DNA of 32,000 nt from Planctopirus limnophila DSM 3776 (lineage in GTDB: Bacteria; Planctomycetota; Planctomycetia; Planctomycetales; Planctomycetaceae), in NCBI RefSeq assembly GCF_000092105.1, contig NC_014148.1:1710001-1742000 (forward strand), given 5' to 3'. Under the pieces are notes generated by a model that saw nothing but the letters and a program-made list of their open reading frames with translations, had not been told where the DNA came from and made no database searches. The translations under genes were made by a program, and so were the position numbers. The first letter of the stretch is position 1. Every line of letters starts with the position of its first letter. Below, piece by piece: positions 26,262 to 32,000 of the stretch.

Positions 26262-26788
26262 CCAGAGCACTCACTGGCCATAACTGCCAGTGAAGCGAGC
26301 TCTGATGCCTGAATCACTTCCCCCCATAGCTCATGGACAGGCTCCGATTCCCGTCACATTCGCTACAGCAGGAGAAATCGGCAAAGTCGCTGAGCGTCAT
26401 TCACAGAAAAGGAGGCGTACTTCACATTTGGTTGAGTGCGTAAGATGGGGTGTGTTTGCCTGTGGCGTTGAGATTTCCCGATGCGGATGTTTTGCGGGCA
26501 AGATTGCGTAATCAGAATGATCAAGGACTGTGGTTTGCGATCTTCGGTCAGCCGTCGGGATCATCAGTAAAGAGATGTGTGTCTTGCCTGAAGGACGTCA
26601 GGCTAGAGATCGATTGTGATGAGTGATATCTCTCGACGACAGATGCTGAACGCGAGGTAAAAATCGAATACGGACGAAAGGGATTTCCAGAAATGAATCC
26701 CGTAATGTTTTTTGAAAGACTAGAGCAGTCGTATTCAAGTCTTGATTAAGTTTCTGACGTTCGAATCGATGTCGAAATCCTATGGAGC

Positions 26789-27433
26789 ATGGCCGTGCAG
26801 GAAGTGTTGCAACAGATCTGGGTTCACGTTCAGGACAATCTCGTCAAGATTCTCATCGGGTTGATTTTTGTCGGTGTCGGCTGGTGGTTCGGCCAGCGTC
26901 GAGCACGGCATGACTGGAAGCGTCAGGAATTTTTCGACCGTTTGAATTTTTCACTCAACTGGATCGAAGACGGCAAGCTGGTTTATCGAACGCTGGCTGA
27001 GAAGCGTTGCGAAGAGGTCTTTCTGAATGCGACAGCTGCTGAGGAGATTCGGGCAGCAGCCAAGGCGACCACTCCAGAAAATTCGGTCTTGCCACTTCCC
27101 AAAGAGCATTACTGGAACTACCTCAATGCAGTTCTGAATGAACTTTCGGAGCGGTTTGCTGAGGGGAATCTTCGCCGGGAAATGGGATTACCCACGCGGA
27201 CGATTCCATATGTGGTGTGCCTGACATGTGAATGTGCCGGTGAACTGCGAACTCGCAAGATCCGGGTCATGATCATTCGCGAGCAAGTGTTGGGAGCTCT
27301 CAATGGAACGGAGACGATTACTCCCGAGAATTCTCGCGGCGGCACTCGATTAGCGACTCTCAGGCAACTGGCGAATCGGTACAAAACTCATCCACATGAG
27401 TTTCTGTCTGTCGAGCTATCGCTGCCGCAATGA
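26789..27433 (+). CDS. Hypothetical N-terminally membrane-anchored protein
   Basis: 214 aa. One TM helix ('LVKILIGLIFVGVGWWFG') is followed by 'QRRARHDWKRQEFFDRL' and then a soluble part containing 'YVVCLTCECAGELRTRKIRVMIIREQVL'. No domain recognised. The ATG start follows a 619-bp non-coding gap. Confidence 0.65.
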   Translation: MAVQEVLQQIWVHVQDNLVKILIGLIFVGVGWWFGQRRARHDWKRQEFFDRLNFSLNWIEDGKLVYRTLAEKRCEEVFLNATAAEEIRAAAKATTPENSVLPLPKEHYWNYLNAVLNELSERFAEGNLRREMGLPTRTIPYVVCLTCECAGELRTRKIRVMIIREQVLGALNGTETITPENSRGGTRLATLRQLANRYKTHPHEFLSVELSLPQ

Positions 27434-27559
27434 CGCCTTGTGTTGAGATATCAATCACGGCAGATTTCTGTTCATTGAAACGAGCTGCGTAATTCATATC
27501 TCTCTGGAATGCTGCGAGTTCCCACAATCCTGCAATTCCCACTCAGTGGGAAACCCGGC

Positions 27560-28135
27560 TTAGTTTGCGGGGGTTGGCTCAGTGTGATCGGGGATGATCG
27601 CCTGAGGCTCTTCGCTCGTTGCCGGTGATTTGCGAGGTGCTGGTGCCATAATGGCTGCCACCAGCAGGATGAGCGCACCGGCGGTGATGGCCATATCGGC
27701 AATGTTAAAGATTCCGCTCCGCAGGGAACCCCAGCCGATATTCAAAAAATCGATTACGTGGCCATTCTCCAGGCGAATCCGGTCGATCTGATTTCCAATA
27801 CCACCGGCAAAAATCAACCAGCAGGCAAAGAAGTTCAAAAGCGACAATCGCTTAACGCAGGGCAGGATCGCCAGTGCCAACAGACCCACGCCATTCAGGC
27901 CGATGAATAGAGCCGTCCTCATTTCACTGGAGAGATTTCCGCCCAGGCCAAGAAATCCACCCGGGTTGTAGGCGAATTGCATGCGGAAAATGCCACCGAG
28001 AAAGACCCAGGCCTCTTCACCTTTGAGGACTTCGACTGCCCAGAGTTTTGTCCATTGATCGGCAACGAGAATTGCAACACAGAGTATAAAAGCCGCTGCC
28101 CAGCGTGAAGTCAGAATTTTCGGCATGACGTTCAT
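27560..28135 (-). CDS. lspA: Lipoprotein signal peptidase (signal peptidase II)
   Basis: 191 aa and four TM helices. Motifs: 'ADQWTKLWA', 'YNPGGFLGLG', 'GGIGNQIDRI..GHVIDF' and 'FNIADMAITAGALILL', carrying the two catalytic Asp contexts of LspA. Confidence 0.9.
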   Translation of the reverse strand: MNVMPKILTSRWAAAFILCVAILVADQWTKLWAVEVLKGEEAWVFLGGIFRMQFAYNPGGFLGLGGNLSSEMRTALFIGLNGVGLLALAILPCVKRLSLLNFFACWLIFAGGIGNQIDRIRLENGHVIDFLNIGWGSLRSGIFNIADMAITAGALILLVAAIMAPAPRKSPATSEEPQAIIPDHTEPTPAN

Positions 28136-28194
28136 TCCGTAGGAAGCTGGAGCGGCAATGGACTCTTGAAGGTTCGTCGTGGCAATTGATCTTG

Positions 28195-29013
28195 TCAGGC
28201 AGCATGCGGGCGAGTTGCCTGATTGGCAGTGGCTAACACTTCGTTGGCCAATCCCAGGTAATCTTCAGCTCCCGTACATTTGGGGGCGTAATCAAAAATG
28301 GATTGTCCAAAGCTCGGTGCTTCCGCCAGTTTAATGTTTCGACGAATGCGAGACGAGAAGATTCTGGCCTGTGCCCAGGGAGACTGTGGATCACTCTCTT
28401 CGAGAAAGCGAGTCAGGTCATCGGTGATATCTGCCGCGAGTCGAGTTCCTGTCTCATACAGGCAAAGCACAATCCCGGCGACTTTGAGCTGCCGATTCAA
28501 ACGGCGTTTCACCAGAGCCGTCGTTTCAAACAGCTTCGAAAGCCCCTGCAAGGCAAAGAAGTGAGGCTGGAGAGGAATAAAAACCTCGGTCGCTGCCGTG
28601 AGCGCATTGATCGTAAGAACTGTCAGTGAAGGAGGACAATCCATCACGATGTAGTCAAACGCCCCCTGATCTTCACAGGCAAGGATGGCGTCTCGCAGGA
28701 TGACTTCGCGATTCTGTGCGTCGACAAGCTCCAGTTCAGCCGCTGCAAGATCGAGATTCGCGGGGGCCAGCCAAAGATTTTCACAAGCAAGTTGCTGAAC
28801 TTCAGTCAGCTTTTTACGGCCAGTAAAGACCTGATAGATCGTGGGAACCTGGCCATAGGCTTCGACACCCAGATGAATCGAAGCATGGCCTTGCGGATCG
28901 AGATCGATCAGGAGAACCTTCTGCCCGGCACGAGCCAGGCCCGCAGCCAGGTTGACACTTGTGGTCGTCTTGCCGACGCCACCTTTCTGATTCATGACTG
29001 CAATCCGGCGCAT
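28195..29013 (-). CDS. ParA/Soj-family P-loop ATPase (no adjacent ParB)
   Basis: Motifs: '[45 protein letters not shown]' (deviant Walker A KGGxxGKT), '[11 protein letters not shown]' (Walker B) and '[21 protein letters not shown]'. I prefer ATG 29013; the longest ORF starts at ATG 29052. Confidence 0.9.
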   Translation of the reverse strand: MRRIAVMNQKGGVGKTTTSVNLAAGLARAGQKVLLIDLDPQGHASIHLGVEAYGQVPTIYQVFTGRKKLTEVQQLACENLWLAPANLDLAAAELELVDAQNREVILRDAILACEDQGAFDYIVMDCPPSLTVLTINALTAATEVFIPLQPHFFALQGLSKLFETTALVKRRLNRQLKVAGIVLCLYETGTRLAADITDDLTRFLEESDPQSPWAQARIFSSRIRRNIKLAEAPSFGQSIFDYAPKCTGAEDYLGLANEVLATANQATRPHAA

Positions 29014-29164
29014 TTCTGATTCCGTCCCTGGAAGCTGTTTAAGCGCAAACACACTCTCTTGAAGATGTTAGCCAATCCGCTCCAAATCGCAAAGATGAAC
29101 TGCGAAGACTCTTTTGAATTTCCTGTGGGTCTTTGACCGCTGATTTTTTAAGCGTTTTTCGGCC

Positions 29165-31345
<2,181 letters not shown>

Positions 31346-31534
31346 GATGCAGTTTCTTCAATGGGGCTCAATCTGATGCGCAATTAAGAGTAAACGACCA
31401 GTTTTCTCAGGGAAAGAGCGTTCTCGTCCCGAGAGAAAACATCATACTGAAAATCAGCTGCATGGGGCGTCACTGATCTTCAGAGTCGTTCGGTAGTGTA
31501 AGATCAAGATGCTTAGGAACTTGAAAGGAGTTGC

Positions 31535-31666
31535 ATGAAGGTGAGAATCATTCTCGATCGAAGCGAACCTGCGTTCGTTGAGATTGTCCAAGGCGGCACT
31601 GTTGATGTGAATCGCGATCGTCGATGTGTAGAAAACGGGCGATCACCTCAAGTGAAGAGTCGATGA
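31535..31666 (+). CDS. Speculative 43-codon mini-ORF with strong Shine-Dalgarno
   Basis: AAAGGAG (31524-31530) lies 4 nt before the ATG at 31535. The translation is 'MKVRIILDRSEPAFVEIVQGGTVDVNRDRRCVENGRSPQVKSR', with a TGA stop at 31664-31666. It is below the ORF-track length cut-off and there is no homology evidence. Confidence 0.2.
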   Translation: MKVRIILDRSEPAFVEIVQGGTVDVNRDRRCVENGRSPQVKSR

Positions 31667-31718
31667 CAGTTGAGATCGTCGACTTGTTTTTAGAATTTGC
31701 TGCAGAAAAGAGATTGTG

Positions 31719-32000
31719 ATGGATCACCCATTATCGAGGGAGCAGGAGGCAGGCGATGTGTTACGCGTGACCAATCGCTTGCTCATTCCACGTTCTGAGT
31801 TCCGCTGGACTTATAGCCGCAGTTCGGGCCCGGGCGGGCAGAATGTCAATAAGGTGAATTCCAAAGCAACGATGCACTGGCCGGCGATGATATCCAAGTC
31901 GCTCCCTGTGGAGCTTCGAGTGAGGCTGCGTCACGAGTTTGGGAATCGCTTGAATAATGAAGGCGAACTTGTCATTGCCAGCGATGAGCACCGAGATCAG
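31719..32000 (+). CDS. arfB: Alternative ribosome-rescue factor ArfB (peptidyl-tRNA hydrolase, GGQ domain), 3' end cut by window edge
   Basis: Hand translation from ATG 31719 gives 'MDHPLSREQEAGDVLRVTNRLLIPRSEFRWTYSRSSGPGGQNVNKVNSKATMHWPAMISKSL...GELVIASDEHRDQ'. It carries the GGQ motif in the ArfB/ICT1 context. The frame is open to nt 32000. It is absent from the ORF track because it has no stop inside the window; the track's 31761..31991(-) ORF is its antisense shadow. Confidence 0.9.
   Translation, partial: MDHPLSREQEAGDVLRVTNRLLIPRSEFRWTYSRSSGPGGQNVNKVNSKATMHWPAMISKSLPVELRVRLRHEFGNRLNNEGELVIASDEHRDQ

Noticed and set aside
26290-26511. 73-aa GTG-initiated ORF in the 619-bp gap, and an AAAAGGAGG box at about 26408-26416
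   Set aside because: The translation is not protein-like (Arg/Cys/Gly-rich). The SD-like box has no start codon at a workable distance.
23288-27559. Genomic island integrated at the tRNA (integrase, att repeat)
   Set aside because: No integrase, recombinase or transposase ORF is present. By eye there is no duplicate of the tRNA 3' end; only a 7-8-nt GAATCCC(G) match occurs near 26695. A computed repeat search could still overturn this.
31761-31991. 76-aa minus-strand track ORF at the right edge
   Set aside because: It is the antisense shadow of the plus-strand arfB gene, whose GGQ motif is unambiguous.

Overview
This is a chromosomal, mostly housekeeping segment that looks planctomycetal. 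The signs are a prepilin-type DUF1559/H-X9-DG protein, SecD and SecF fused in one polypeptide, many GTG/TTG starts and generally weak Shine-Dalgarno signals. All family assignments come from motif recognition by eye; no searches were run. I call 27 protein-coding genes (two cut by the window edges), one speculative mini-ORF, one tRNA(CAU), three hairpin terminators and a few operator-like palindromes. Recognisable genes: beta-CASP MBL hydrolase (partial), glmS, an NAD-dependent epimerase, a hybrid sensor kinase, the classical tgt-yajC-secDF cluster, holB, an SDR, gpsA, a UxaE-like epimerase next to an Ldh_2 oxidoreductase, mazG, an ACAD-fold protein, lspA, a ParA-like ATPase, an FdhF/YdeP-type molybdoenzyme and arfB (partial). 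I saw no CRISPR array, transposase, integrase, rRNA, prophage, toxin-antitoxin or known defence module. I do not find a convincing new multi-gene system. The best leads, all modest: (1) a lysine-less lipoyl/biotinyl-like domain ORF translationally coupled to holB; (2) the 23.2-27.5 kb stretch beside tRNA-Met, which encodes four uncharacterised envelope proteins with unusually structured regulatory DNA, including a perfect 18-bp palindrome, a nested palindrome, a 58-nt hairpin and a 619-bp gap; (3) a UxaE-like + Ldh_2 two-gene cassette; (4) an ACAD-fold protein lacking the usual catalytic motifs; (5) a ParA-like ATPase with no ParB partner, between ydeP and lspA.
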